IMG/VR virus record: IMGVR_UViG_3300006151_000007
Span: 1-64,000 of that record
DNA length: 64,000 bases
Origin: a virus
Taxonomy: Duplodnaviria; Caudoviricetes
Strand: one strand, 5' to 3'
Shown here: in pieces, positions 1 through 8,713 of the stretch
How positions within the stretch are numbered: position 1 is the stretch's first letter
Layout: each line of letters opens with the position of its first letter
Program-made: the position numbers and the translations under genes
Notes under the pieces: generated by a model
Databases searched by the model: none
What the model was told of the DNA's origin: nothing
The model's input: only the letters and a program-made list of their open reading frames with translations

Positions 1-59
1 CCCAGACCCTGTACAGTGCGCGGGAACGCCTGCGCCATACGCTGGGCCGGGAGCCGGCT

Positions 60-335
60 TTGTCCGAGCTTTCGGAGGCTACGGGCCTGACGCCGGAGGA
101 GATCGTGGCGCTGATCCCGCCGCCCAACGCCCCGCTGACACTGGAGGAACTGCGGGAGATGGACGGTCAGCCGGTTTGGTTCTGCAAATGCCACAATGGC
201 CTGTGCAATTGGTGCGTGATAGATCACACAAATGAGACGAACATCTTTTTCACAGACGGCACGGTTCGTCTGATGAGTTCCTATGGCGATGGTTGGTTGG
301 CCTACCGCCGCAGGCCGGAGGAGGAGATCACATGA
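60..335 (+). CDS. Phage hypothetical protein
   Basis: PLTLEELREMDGQPVW segment is shared with the ORF at 50660-51031. Confidence 0.65.
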   Translation: MSELSEATGLTPEEIVALIPPPNAPLTLEELREMDGQPVWFCKCHNGLCNWCVIDHTNETNIFFTDGTVRLMSSYGDGWLAYRRRPEEEIT

Positions 336-529
336 CCAACCTCTACGCCAAAGCCCTCCACGCCGCACCGAAGAAGAAGCCCCTCCCCCGCAAGTGCTCC
401 ACCTGCGCGGACCGGGACTGCCGGACACGGGGGAAGGTGTGCGACTGGAGGCACTGCAAGGACTGGAAGGAGGGACCGCGCAAAGCCTGAAAACGTGTTC
501 CGAGGGTAAATTACCAACCGATTACGAAT

Positions 530-1138
530 TTGGAGGATACCATGAACCTTCGCAAAGCGATAGCGATCGATTTTGACGGATGCCTCTGCTCCGACAAGTA
601 TCCGGACATCGGGGAGCCGAACTGGGCTGTTATCTACCGGGCAAAGCAGGAGCGGCGCAGGGGGGCGGGCCTGATCCTCTGGACCTGCCGGGAGGGGCAG
701 CTCCTTCTGGACGCTTTGGCCGCCTGTGAAGCCTGGGGGCTGACCTTCGACGCTGTGAACGAGAGCCTGCCGGAATGGATCGAGGCATACGGGAACGACC
801 CGCGGAAGGTGGGTGCTTCGGAGTACGGGGATGACCGGGCGGTGCGTCTGCCCACGGCTCCCCATTTTGCGGGGGGCCCTGGAGATGATTCTGTAGAACT
901 GTTCTCCCCGCCTCCGGGAAACAGGGACTTGGCCCTGAAGCCGCGTCCCTTCTGCAAGAGCCCCAACGTGCTCTATGAGCGGTATGCGGGTCCGGCGGGA
1001 GGAGAGCGGTGGCGCTGTTTCTGCGCGAACTGCGTCGCCGGGATCGACCCCGGCTGGGCAGTGGACCGTCTGACGGTGCGGGAGATGTGGAACCGCAGAG
1101 GAACGGAGGCGAGACCGAGAGATGAACTGGAAGCGTGA
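530..1138 (+). CDS. HAD-like phage protein joined to a degenerate Lar-like Zn-finger segment
   Basis: IAIDFDGCL (DxD motif) and LILWTCR; C-terminal LKPRPFCK...CFCANC. Confidence 0.55.
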   Translation: MEDTMNLRKAIAIDFDGCLCSDKYPDIGEPNWAVIYRAKQERRRGAGLILWTCREGQLLLDALAACEAWGLTFDAVNESLPEWIEAYGNDPRKVGASEYGDDRAVRLPTAPHFAGGPGDDSVELFSPPPGNRDLALKPRPFCKSPNVLYERYAGPAGGERWRCFCANCVAGIDPGWAVDRLTVREMWNRRGTEARPRDELEA

Positions 1139-1562
1139 AGCGGCGGACCGGCTTCGCGGCTATGAGGCCCAGAAGCAGGCCCTGGAGAGCATCCCCATGG
1201 AGCTGCGGCGGCTGGAGAGCGCCTGTACCGGCCTCCGGAGCGCCGCCGCGGACCGCGCGCCGGTCTCCGGCGGAGGGGAGGACCGGGAGGACGCCCTGCT
1301 GAGCAACATCGTCCACCGGGACGAGCTGAAGCGGCGGCTGAAGCAGGCGCGGCTGTGGGTAACGATGGTGGACAAGGCCCTGACGGTCCTGGACAGCGAG
1401 GAGCGGCTTGTTCTGGAGCGGTTTTACATCCATCGGGCCAAGGGGGCCGCCGAGGCCCTGTGCGAGAGCCTGAACCTGGAGAAAAGCGCCGTCTATGACA
1501 GGCGGGACAGGGCTTTGCGGCACTTCACCCTCGCCCTCTACGGCATCACCGAGACAGAGTAA
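1122..1562 (+). CDS. ArpU/DUF1492-like late transcriptional regulator
   Basis: Position just before the packaging genes; C-terminal HTH-like ERLVLERFYI...LCESLNLEKSAVY. Confidence 0.75.
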   Translation: MNWKREAADRLRGYEAQKQALESIPMELRRLESACTGLRSAAADRAPVSGGGEDREDALLSNIVHRDELKRRLKQARLWVTMVDKALTVLDSEERLVLERFYIHRAKGAAEALCESLNLEKSAVYDRRDRALRHFTLALYGITETE

Positions 1563-1565
1563 AAA

Positions 1566-1612
1566 GTCCGGAAAAAAACCGGACGATTTTTCCGAAAAGC
1601 CGTGGTACAATG
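1566..1612 (+). promoter_or_regulatory. Candidate late promoter
   Basis: Inverted repeat GTCCGG-N7-CCGGAC (1566-1584) and TG-N-TACAAT -10 box (1604-1612). Confidence 0.5.
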
Positions 1613-1706
1613 ATAGGGTAAAATTCTGACAAAGCCGGGCGGCCTCCTCCAACCGAGGGGGCCGTCAGTCTGTTCGGAAGGAGGTCTCCGGCCCCGCGTT
1701 TCTCCT

Positions 1707-2348
1707 TTGCGCGGGGTCTGGTCCGAGCCGGTACCGGTCGCCAACGTGACCGGGGCGAGAACCATTACCACGGGGCTCTCTCTGGGGAGCATCCAGCTTG
1801 CCCTGAGCGGCGGGGCTATCACCTACGCCGTCACCTTCCTCTGTACGGACATCATCGGCGAAATCTGGGGGAAGAACACGGCAAAGGGCGTGGTGAAGTA
1901 CGGCCTGATCGGGCAGATCTTCGCCACCGCCTGCATCATGATCACCGGGGCGTTCCCGGCCACGGACCCTGTGATGGACGGGGCCTATCAGACGCTGCTG
2001 GGGCAGAACTGGATCTTTGTCATTGGCAGTCTGAGCGCCTACCTGGTCTCCCAGACCTGGGACGTGCTGGTGTTCCACTTTCTCCGGGACCGGTATGTGG
2101 AGCGGCACGGGAGCACCAGGGGAGGCCGGTGGCTGTGGAGCAACGGCTCCACCCTGACCAGTCAGGTGTGGGACACGGTGATCTATGCCGTTATCAGCTT
2201 CGGCCTGGGCCTGGGGTTGCTCTTCACGGCGGAGGGGCGGGCACAGCTCCTGGGGATCATCCTCGGGCAGTACCTGCTGAAAGCGGGGCTCGCCCTGCTG
2301 GACACGCCGTTTTTCTACTTTTTCACCCGGAACGCTGACAGGCGATAG
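1707..2348 (+). CDS. yhhQ: Queuosine precursor transporter (VUT/YhhQ family), N-terminus apparently truncated
   Basis: Multi-TM protein with YAVTFLCTDIIGEIWG and STLTSQVWDTVIY motifs; first helix missing before VANVTGAR. Confidence 0.8.
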   Translation: MRGVWSEPVPVANVTGARTITTGLSLGSIQLALSGGAITYAVTFLCTDIIGEIWGKNTAKGVVKYGLIGQIFATACIMITGAFPATDPVMDGAYQTLLGQNWIFVIGSLSAYLVSQTWDVLVFHFLRDRYVERHGSTRGGRWLWSNGSTLTSQVWDTVIYAVISFGLGLGLLFTAEGRAQLLGIILGQYLLKAGLALLDTPFFYFFTRNADRR

Positions 2349-2381
2349 GCCCCGTACCATGAAACGTAAGGAGAGGAGGAA

Positions 2382-2885
2382 ATGCCGAAAAACAGAACAG
2401 ACCTGCCCTGGGAGCGGCAGAATGGCGAGAGCGCCCAGGCGTTCGCGGCATTCCTTGTTTACCTGAACTTGGGGGCAGAACGGAGCCATCAGACGGTATC
2501 GCAACAGTGTGGTAAAAGTATATCGCTGATTGGGCGTTGGAGCCGTGCTTATGGCTGGGTGGAGCGGTGCCGGGCCTGGGATAATTATCTCCAGCGAGAG
2601 GCCAAAAAGGCGGCGGTCGCAGAGATCCGGAAGATGAATCAGCGGCATATCAGCATGGCCCAGCAGATCCAGGACGCGGTCTTACAGGCGCTCATTGACC
2701 TGGGGAGCGATATCGTCACGCCACAGAACTTTGCCGCTGTGGTGAAGCTCTCTACCGACCTGGAGCGGCAGAGCATGGAGGCGGAGGCGAAGGAGACCAT
2801 CAGCAGCGAAGAGCTCCGGGAGCAGGCGGAGGACGATCCGCTCACCGCGGCGCTGAAGGAGGATATGGACAGTGGGCTTTTCTGA
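2382..2885 (+). CDS. Terminase small subunit
   Basis: PWERQNGES...GRWSRAYGWVERCRAWD HTH; directly upstream of terL. Confidence 0.8.
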   Translation: MPKNRTDLPWERQNGESAQAFAAFLVYLNLGAERSHQTVSQQCGKSISLIGRWSRAYGWVERCRAWDNYLQREAKKAAVAEIRKMNQRHISMAQQIQDAVLQALIDLGSDIVTPQNFAAVVKLSTDLERQSMEAEAKETISSEELREQAEDDPLTAALKEDMDSGLF

Positions 2886-4089
2886 GAAACAGCGGCAGAT
2901 CCTGCGCTTCCCCTACACGCAGTATCAGGCCCTGATCTGTGACGGCGCGGTGCGCTCCGGGAAGACCAGCGTCATGAGCCTGAGCTTCGTCCTCTGGGTG
3001 ATGGGGAACTTCCGGGGGTGCTCCTTCGCCATCTGCGGGAAGTCGGTGGGCAGTGTGGAGCGCAATATCGTCACGCCGCTTTTGTCCGTGGGCTACCTGC
3101 GGGGGCACTTTGATATCCGATACCTCCGGGGGGACCATATGCTCCTGATCCGCCGGGGGGAGCGGGAGAACCGGATCTACCTCTTCGGCGGCAAGGACGA
3201 GAGCAGCTATGCGCTCATCCAGGGCGTCACCCTTGCGGGGATCCTCCTGGACGAGGTGGCCCTGATGCCCCGGTCCTTCGTGGAGCAGGCGTTGGCCCGG
3301 TGCTCTGTGGCGGGGGCCCGCTTCTGGTTCAACTGCAACCCGGACAGCCCGCGCCACTGGTTCTACCAGGAGTGGATACTGGGCGCGCAGCGGCACAACG
3401 CCCTGCATCTCCACTTCCTCATGGAGGACAACCCGGGCCTGGGCGCGGAGACCCTGGAGCTCTACCGGACCACCTACTCCGGCGTGTTCTACCAGCGCTA
3501 TGTCCTGGGGGAGTGGGTGGTGGCGGAGGGCCTGGTCTATACCATGTTCCACAGCGGCCTGGTGGTGGACGAGATCCCGTGGCAGGCAAAGCAGCGGGGC
3601 CGCTGGTTCATCTCCGTGGACTACGGCACCGTCAACCCCACGTCGGCGGGGCTCTGGTGCCTCTGGAACGGCACGGCGTACCGGGTGAGCGAGTACTACT
3701 ATGACAGCCGGAAGCCGGGGCATATCCAGCGCACGGACGAGGAGCACTACCTGGAGATCGAGAAACTTGCCGGGAGCAGGCAGATCGAGCGGATCGTCCT
3801 GGACCCCTCCGCCGCGAGCTTCAAGGCGACGATCCGGCGGCACGGGCGCTTCTCCGTGTGGGACGCCGTGAACAGCGTCCTGGACGGCATCCGCCTGACG
3901 GCCACCCTGCTCAAGGCCGGGCGGCTGAAATTCCACCGGAGCTGTGAGGGATGCCTCGGCGAGTTCCAGGCTTACCGATGGGATACAGACGCCCGGGAGG
4001 ACGCTGTTATCAAGGAAAATGACCACGCCATGGACGATATCCGCTATTTCTGTGCCACCGTCATGGCGCGTGGGATGAGAGGAGTGTGA
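2872..4089 (+). CDS. terL: Terminase large subunit, PBSX family
   Basis: Walker A DGAVRSGKT, Walker B ILLDEV, nuclease VDYGTVNP and NDHAMDDIRY. Confidence 0.95.
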   Translation: MGFSEKQRQILRFPYTQYQALICDGAVRSGKTSVMSLSFVLWVMGNFRGCSFAICGKSVGSVERNIVTPLLSVGYLRGHFDIRYLRGDHMLLIRRGERENRIYLFGGKDESSYALIQGVTLAGILLDEVALMPRSFVEQALARCSVAGARFWFNCNPDSPRHWFYQEWILGAQRHNALHLHFLMEDNPGLGAETLELYRTTYSGVFYQRYVLGEWVVAEGLVYTMFHSGLVVDEIPWQAKQRGRWFISVDYGTVNPTSAGLWCLWNGTAYRVSEYYYDSRKPGHIQRTDEEHYLEIEKLAGSRQIERIVLDPSAASFKATIRRHGRFSVWDAVNSVLDGIRLTATLLKAGRLKFHRSCEGCLGEFQAYRWDTDAREDAVIKENDHAMDDIRYFCATVMARGMRGV

Positions 4090-4092
4090 GAG

Positions 4093-5499
4093 ATGGGACT
4101 GATCGACTGGTTTCGCAGCCTGGTCGGGCGGCTGAGAAGAAAAGATACCCCCTCAGGTGTGATCGAGAAGGAATTCGGCGCACACCCGGCGGCATCCCGC
4201 GACATGGCGGACAACGCCGCCCTCTGGTACGCCATGTACACCAACCATCCGCCCTGGGAGACCTGCGACGTGCGGCCCCTGGGGCTTCCGGGGGCCATTG
4301 GCCGGGAGCTGAGCCGCCACGCGCTGACGGAATTCTGTATCACCGTATCCGGCAGCGCCCGGGCGGAGTACATCGACCGGCAGGTCCAGCGGGCGGCGAG
4401 GAGCTTCCGGGAGGACCTGGAGCTGGGCCTCTGCCTGGGCGGCGTGGCCTTGAAGCCGTACCCGCAGGACGGACAGCTCCTGGTGGAATCCTACACCGGC
4501 GGCTTTACCCCCACCCGTTTTGACGGCACGGGCAGGGCCGTGGGCGGGGTGTTCCGAAGCGAGCCGGTCCGGCAGGGGAACGAGTGGTACATCAAGCTGG
4601 AGTACCACGATTTCCTCTTGCAAGAGGACGGGACCACGGCCTATGTTGTGGAGAACAAGGCGTACCGCAGCAGCCGGGAGGGCCTCGTCGGCGCCCAGGT
4701 GCCTCTGGAGAGCGTGGAGGCGTGGGCTGACCTCTCGGAGCGGGAGGTGATCGAGGGCCTGACAGGGCCGCTCTTCGCCTATTTCAAGCCGCCGGTCTCC
4801 AACGACATTGAGCCGTCCTCCCCCGTGGGCGTGTCGGTGTACGCCGGGGCCACGGCGGAGCTGATCCGGCAGGCGGATGAGCAGTGGCAGCAGCTCCGCC
4901 GGGAGTACCGCACGGGAAAGCGCAGGATGCTCTTCAACGGCTCTGTCATGGACCATGACCAGGTGGATGATGAATTCTTTGAATACGGAGACTTCACTGG
5001 CGACGCCAACTTCTTCCAGTTCATCAACCCGGAGCTGCGGGACGACCAGTTCTACAACGGCTTCCAGCGCATCTTACAGCGCATCGAGTTCAACGTGGGC
5101 CTTGCTTTCGGCACCTTCTCGGACCCGCAGGCCGTCGAGAAGACGGCCACCGAGCAGATCATGACCAAGCACCGGCAGTACGTGACGGAGGACGCCATTC
5201 AAAAGGCGTTCCAGGCAGCGCTGGAGGACCTGGTGTATGCCCTGGACGCCCTGTGCGACCTTGCCCGGCTCGCGCCGGCGGGGGCGTATCAGGTGGACTG
5301 CAAATGGGGCGACGGCGTCCTGGACGACCCGGAGACCCGGCGGCAGGACATGGCGCTGGATATGCAGCGGGTGGCCGCCGGTCTCATGCGGCCTGTGGAT
5401 TTCGTCATGAAGTGGGACAAGGTGGACGAGAAGACCGCCCGGAAGCTGCTGCCGGACATGGAGGACCTGACGGATGAGCCGGAGGAGGAGATCGAGTAA
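4093..5499 (+). CDS. Portal protein (A118-like)
   Basis: 468 aa after terL; clear paralog at 55814-57226. Confidence 0.9.
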   Translation: MGLIDWFRSLVGRLRRKDTPSGVIEKEFGAHPAASRDMADNAALWYAMYTNHPPWETCDVRPLGLPGAIGRELSRHALTEFCITVSGSARAEYIDRQVQRAARSFREDLELGLCLGGVALKPYPQDGQLLVESYTGGFTPTRFDGTGRAVGGVFRSEPVRQGNEWYIKLEYHDFLLQEDGTTAYVVENKAYRSSREGLVGAQVPLESVEAWADLSEREVIEGLTGPLFAYFKPPVSNDIEPSSPVGVSVYAGATAELIRQADEQWQQLRREYRTGKRRMLFNGSVMDHDQVDDEFFEYGDFTGDANFFQFINPELRDDQFYNGFQRILQRIEFNVGLAFGTFSDPQAVEKTATEQIMTKHRQYVTEDAIQKAFQAALEDLVYALDALCDLARLAPAGAYQVDCKWGDGVLDDPETRRQDMALDMQRVAAGLMRPVDFVMKWDKVDEKTARKLLPDMEDLTDEPEEEIE

Positions 5500-6284
5500 T
5501 GCCCCGGTATCCGTTTACCCCGGAGCTGCTGGACGCGCTGCCGGAGGAGCTGTGCGAGCTGTTCCGGGGCCTGGAGGTGCGGCTCCTGGAGGAGATCTGT
5601 TCCCGGTTGAAGATTGCGGACCAGCTCAACGAGGTGACAGTGCAGGACATCCGCGCGCTCCGGGCCCACGGCATCGACCTGGAGGACATCAAAAAGGCCA
5701 TCCGCAAGTACACCAACACCGGGGAGGACAAGATCAATGCCCTGCTGGATGACGTTGTGGCCCGCAACCAAGCCTATTACATCTCCATGATCGACTTGGC
5801 CCAGGTCACAGCGCCGGAGCGGCTGATTGACCAGGAGGATACATACGCCATCTATGAGCAGACCAAAGGTCAGTACCGGAACATCACCCAGTCGATGGGT
5901 TTCCTGGTAAAGCAGGGTAGGCACAAAGTCATGCTCCCGCCCGCGCAAGCGTACCAGTGGGCACTGGATAGCGCGGAGCTCCAGATACAGTCCGGGGCCG
6001 TCAGCTACAACCAGGCAATCGCCGTGGCGGTGCGACAGTTGGCCGACAGCGGGTTGAAGACCGTGAGCTACGAGAGCGGGCACATCGACCAGTTGGACGT
6101 GGCCGTGCGCCGCGCGGTGATGACCGGCGTGAACCAGCTCAACCAGAAGTACCGGGAGCAGTCCATGGACTACCTGGAGACGGATCTGCTGGAAGTGACG
6201 GCCCACCTGGGGGCGCGGAACACAGGAACGGGCTTTGTTAATCATGAATCGTGGCAAGGTGGGATTTATCGGTGGAAACGTTAA
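5499..6284 (+). CDS. Minor capsid protein, N-terminal fragment
   Basis: Aligns to the N-terminal part of the intact paralog 57227-59035, up to NHESWQG.IYRW. Confidence 0.9.
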   Translation: MPRYPFTPELLDALPEELCELFRGLEVRLLEEICSRLKIADQLNEVTVQDIRALRAHGIDLEDIKKAIRKYTNTGEDKINALLDDVVARNQAYYISMIDLAQVTAPERLIDQEDTYAIYEQTKGQYRNITQSMGFLVKQGRHKVMLPPAQAYQWALDSAELQIQSGAVSYNQAIAVAVRQLADSGLKTVSYESGHIDQLDVAVRRAVMTGVNQLNQKYREQSMDYLETDLLEVTAHLGARNTGTGFVNHESWQGGIYRWKR

Positions 6285-6363
6285 GAAAAATAATTAAAAA
6301 TGCGGTTGCCTTGCCGCCTGCCAGCATGTTTCATAAAAAGGCGAATTACGAAAGACGGTAATT

Positions 6364-7029
6364 ATGGAAAGGATTATAGATAAAACAGGAAAAAAGTATG
6401 GACTTTTAACTGTAATTGAACGCGCAGATAGTAAGAACGGTGAGACCAGATGGATATGCCAGTGTTATTGCGGAAGAAAGACTGTCGTAAGGGGTGGGAA
6501 TCTGACCAGCGGCGCAATAAAGAGCTGTGGCTGTCTGCGAAAAGAAAGAGCGACCGAGGGGCACACCACACACGGTGCGTCAAAAGAAAATGGGAAAAGA
6601 AGTAAGTTGTATTCTATATGGATTGGTATGCGTAGAAGGTGCTATGATGAAAACAGCATCAATTACAATTATTATGGCTTGCGTGGAATCACTGTTTGCG
6701 ACGACTGGAAAGATGATTTTGAAAAATTCAAAGAGTGGGCATTATCGTCTGGATACGATTCGACGCTGACCATTGATAGAATTGAAAATGACAAGGGGTA
6801 TTCTCCAGAAAATTGTCGTTGGATTGGGGCTAAAGAGCAAGCGAGAAACCGGAGAAGCAATAATGTTATAACATTTAACGGAGAAACTCATACAGCGGTT
6901 GAGTGGGAAGAAAAACTTGGCTTTTCAAGGGGAACGATTTCCAGAAGAATAAGATCGCGCGGTTGGTCGGTTGAACGCGCTTTGACAGAACCTATACACG
7001 CAGAGAATAGGGGGAGGTGGTTAAAATGA
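6364..7029 (+). CDS. Free-standing HNH-type homing endonuclease
   Basis: CQCYCG...SCGC N-terminus, YSIWIGMRRRC, LTIDRIENDKGYSPENCRW; low GC. Confidence 0.85.
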   Translation: MERIIDKTGKKYGLLTVIERADSKNGETRWICQCYCGRKTVVRGGNLTSGAIKSCGCLRKERATEGHTTHGASKENGKRSKLYSIWIGMRRRCYDENSINYNYYGLRGITVCDDWKDDFEKFKEWALSSGYDSTLTIDRIENDKGYSPENCRWIGAKEQARNRRSNNVITFNGETHTAVEWEEKLGFSRGTISRRIRSRGWSVERALTEPIHAENRGRWLK

Positions 7030-7100
7030 GTAACGCCAAATATCCTGACTTTGTAGAAGTCTGCGGCTACGGTAATGTGGCCGGGATTGGCGGAGCTTAG
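7026..7100 (+). CDS. 24-aa middle fragment of the minor capsid gene
   Basis: GGAGG RBS then MSNAKYPDFVEVCGYGNVAGIGGA*, matching YPDFAKTCGYGSVTGIGGA of the intact paralog. Confidence 0.7.
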   Translation: MSNAKYPDFVEVCGYGNVAGIGGA

Positions 7101-8052
7101 TAATGAAAATTGCAGACATAGTTTTTGGCCGTACATAGAAGGCGTTTCTGAACCAACGTACTCTCAAAAAGAACTTGATGATATGAAAGGGGAAAATCAC
7201 AAGTTTACGTTTGAGGGTAAAGAATATGATGGGTACAGCAGCACCCAGATGCAGCGCCGCGTGGAGCGCGAGATACGAAAGCAGAAGCGGTTCAAAACGG
7301 CGTTCGAGGCCGCAGGGCTGAGCGACGCTGCCGCTGCCGCTGGCTCGAAGCTGCGGGCGCTCAACGAGAAATACCGAGCGTTCAGCAAGGCGGCGGGCCT
7401 TCCGGAGCAGCGGGAGCGGATGAGGGTGCAGTATGTGGATTACGCCTCCTATGCAAAGGCGGAAAAACTGCTTGAAAAAAGTTCAAGGTCTGGTATACTG
7501 AAAGATACAGGATATCAGGGGGTGCCGATCACCGAAGAAGCCATCCAGCGCGTACCGCTGGTCCAGCCGGAGGGTTGGAGCATAGAGCAGGCAGAGCGGC
7601 TGCAAGCGGCTCATCGGGACTTGCTGCGGGCCGTCAAGGAAAAGCCGGTGGGCACAGAGGCCGGGGCGGTCTACACGCCGGACATGCGGTTGATAGAGCG
7701 GCGTATCGGCGCTGATTCGGAGCAGACGATTTCGTTGCCACGTTATGCAAGTCCGCATATTCTCATTCATAATCATCCAAGCGGAGAACTGTTTAGCCAT
7801 ACAGACATAGCCCCATTTGTAATGAACGAAAATATGCAGGCTATAACTGCTGTAGGCAACTCTGGGAATGTATATATGTTAATAAAAACAGATGATTATG
7901 ATGGGTTTCGATTTTTACAGGCTTATAATGCTGTGCTGGGACGATTGCAGGGGGCAGTAAGATCGTCAGATGTGAGAAAGTATATAGCGATTATGGAGAA
8001 ATTCTTAGAGGAGGTCGGAGAATATGGCGCGAATTTTATCAAGAGAGGATAA
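7075..8052 (+). CDS. Minor capsid C-terminal fragment with JAB-like extension
   Basis: Homology resumes at NCRHSFWPYIEG (7108); C-terminal HNHPSGELFSHTDI; no RBS for the 7075 ATG. Confidence 0.75.
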   Translation: MWPGLAELSNENCRHSFWPYIEGVSEPTYSQKELDDMKGENHKFTFEGKEYDGYSSTQMQRRVEREIRKQKRFKTAFEAAGLSDAAAAAGSKLRALNEKYRAFSKAAGLPEQRERMRVQYVDYASYAKAEKLLEKSSRSGILKDTGYQGVPITEEAIQRVPLVQPEGWSIEQAERLQAAHRDLLRAVKEKPVGTEAGAVYTPDMRLIERRIGADSEQTISLPRYASPHILIHNHPSGELFSHTDIAPFVMNENMQAITAVGNSGNVYMLIKTDDYDGFRFLQAYNAVLGRLQGAVRSSDVRKYIAIMEKFLEEVGEYGANFIKRG

Positions 8053-8200
8053 GGAACGGTTAGAGTCCGACCTTGCACTGGCAGAACCGTACGACGAAGA
8101 CGCACCAGAACTGCGCACTCTGGATGGAGAAGTGGATTTTGACCGAATGAGAGCCACAACGGCAAAGAAGATTCTTGAAATGGCAAAAGAAGAAACATAA
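8024..8200 (+). CDS. 58-aa protein, candidate immunity protein 1
   Basis: GAGGAGG RBS; MARILSREDKERLESDLALAEPYDEDAPELRTLDGEVDFDRMRATTAKKILE; overlaps the toxin stop; absent from the ORF track. Confidence 0.75.
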   Translation: MARILSREDKERLESDLALAEPYDEDAPELRTLDGEVDFDRMRATTAKKILEMAKEET

Positions 8201-8242
8201 GCGCCATGAATGTGAAAGCATTTGGAGTGGAGGCGAAAGAAT

Positions 8243-8413
8243 ATGGCGTGCGATTTATCACCTGAGCAAAAAGCTTATTTTGAAGAGCTTTTAAAAAAAG
8301 CAGAGCCGTATCCTGAAGATGACCCGATATTTGATACGTTGGACGGAAAGCGAGATATGGATCGCGCAATGGCCACCATCGCTAAGATGGCGCTGGAAGG
8401 GCGGCTGAAATAG
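8243..8413 (+). CDS. 56-aa protein, paralog of 8024-8200
   Basis: Shares AEPY.ED.P...TLDG..D.DR..AT.AK..LE with the preceding ORF. Confidence 0.75.
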   Translation: MACDLSPEQKAYFEELLKKAEPYPEDDPIFDTLDGKRDMDRAMATIAKMALEGRLK

Positions 8414-8414
8414 T

Positions 8415-8561
8415 ATGGTCAGGGTCATTCATGACCGTAGCTGGTATTGCTGCCCCCATTGCGGCAAGGCGCTATTCCCAGTTCGGACGGATACGAAAGT
8501 GAAGAATATGCCATTCCGGTGCAAGGCGTGCAAGCACGACATTGAAGTGAATATCGCATAA
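8415..8561 (+). CDS. 48-aa Zn-finger protein (Cys-rich KTR/Com-like)
   Basis: WYCCPHCGK...FRCKACKHDIEVNIA; read by eye. Confidence 0.7.
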   Translation: MVRVIHDRSWYCCPHCGKALFPVRTDTKVKNMPFRCKACKHDIEVNIA

Positions 8562-8632
8562 GAGCCAAGAGCCTGTGAGCCAAGAGCCATCGACAGCTTC
8601 CGATTTGGGAGCAGTTGATGGCTCTTTATTTT
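8561..8632 (+). promoter_or_regulatory. GAGCC repeats plus terminator-like hairpin
   Basis: Four GAGCC units, the last opening the stem AGAGCCATCGAC...GTTGATGGCTCT, followed by a U-rich tract. Confidence 0.6.
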
Positions 8633-8713
8633 TGACCGTCCCGAAGTCGCAAAACTACGGGGCCGCAGTGGAAGCGACCCACGCGAAAAAAGCGAAGCGG
8701 TGAAGGAGAGACC

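Noticed and set aside
1612-1706. preQ1 riboswitch upstream of yhhQ
   Set aside because: GC-rich hairpins only; no preQ1 loop consensus or A-rich tail
6285-7107. Group I intron in the minor capsid gene
   Set aside because: Only about 80 nt of non-coding sequence, no recognisable P7/J6-7 core, and the host frame restarts with its own RBS
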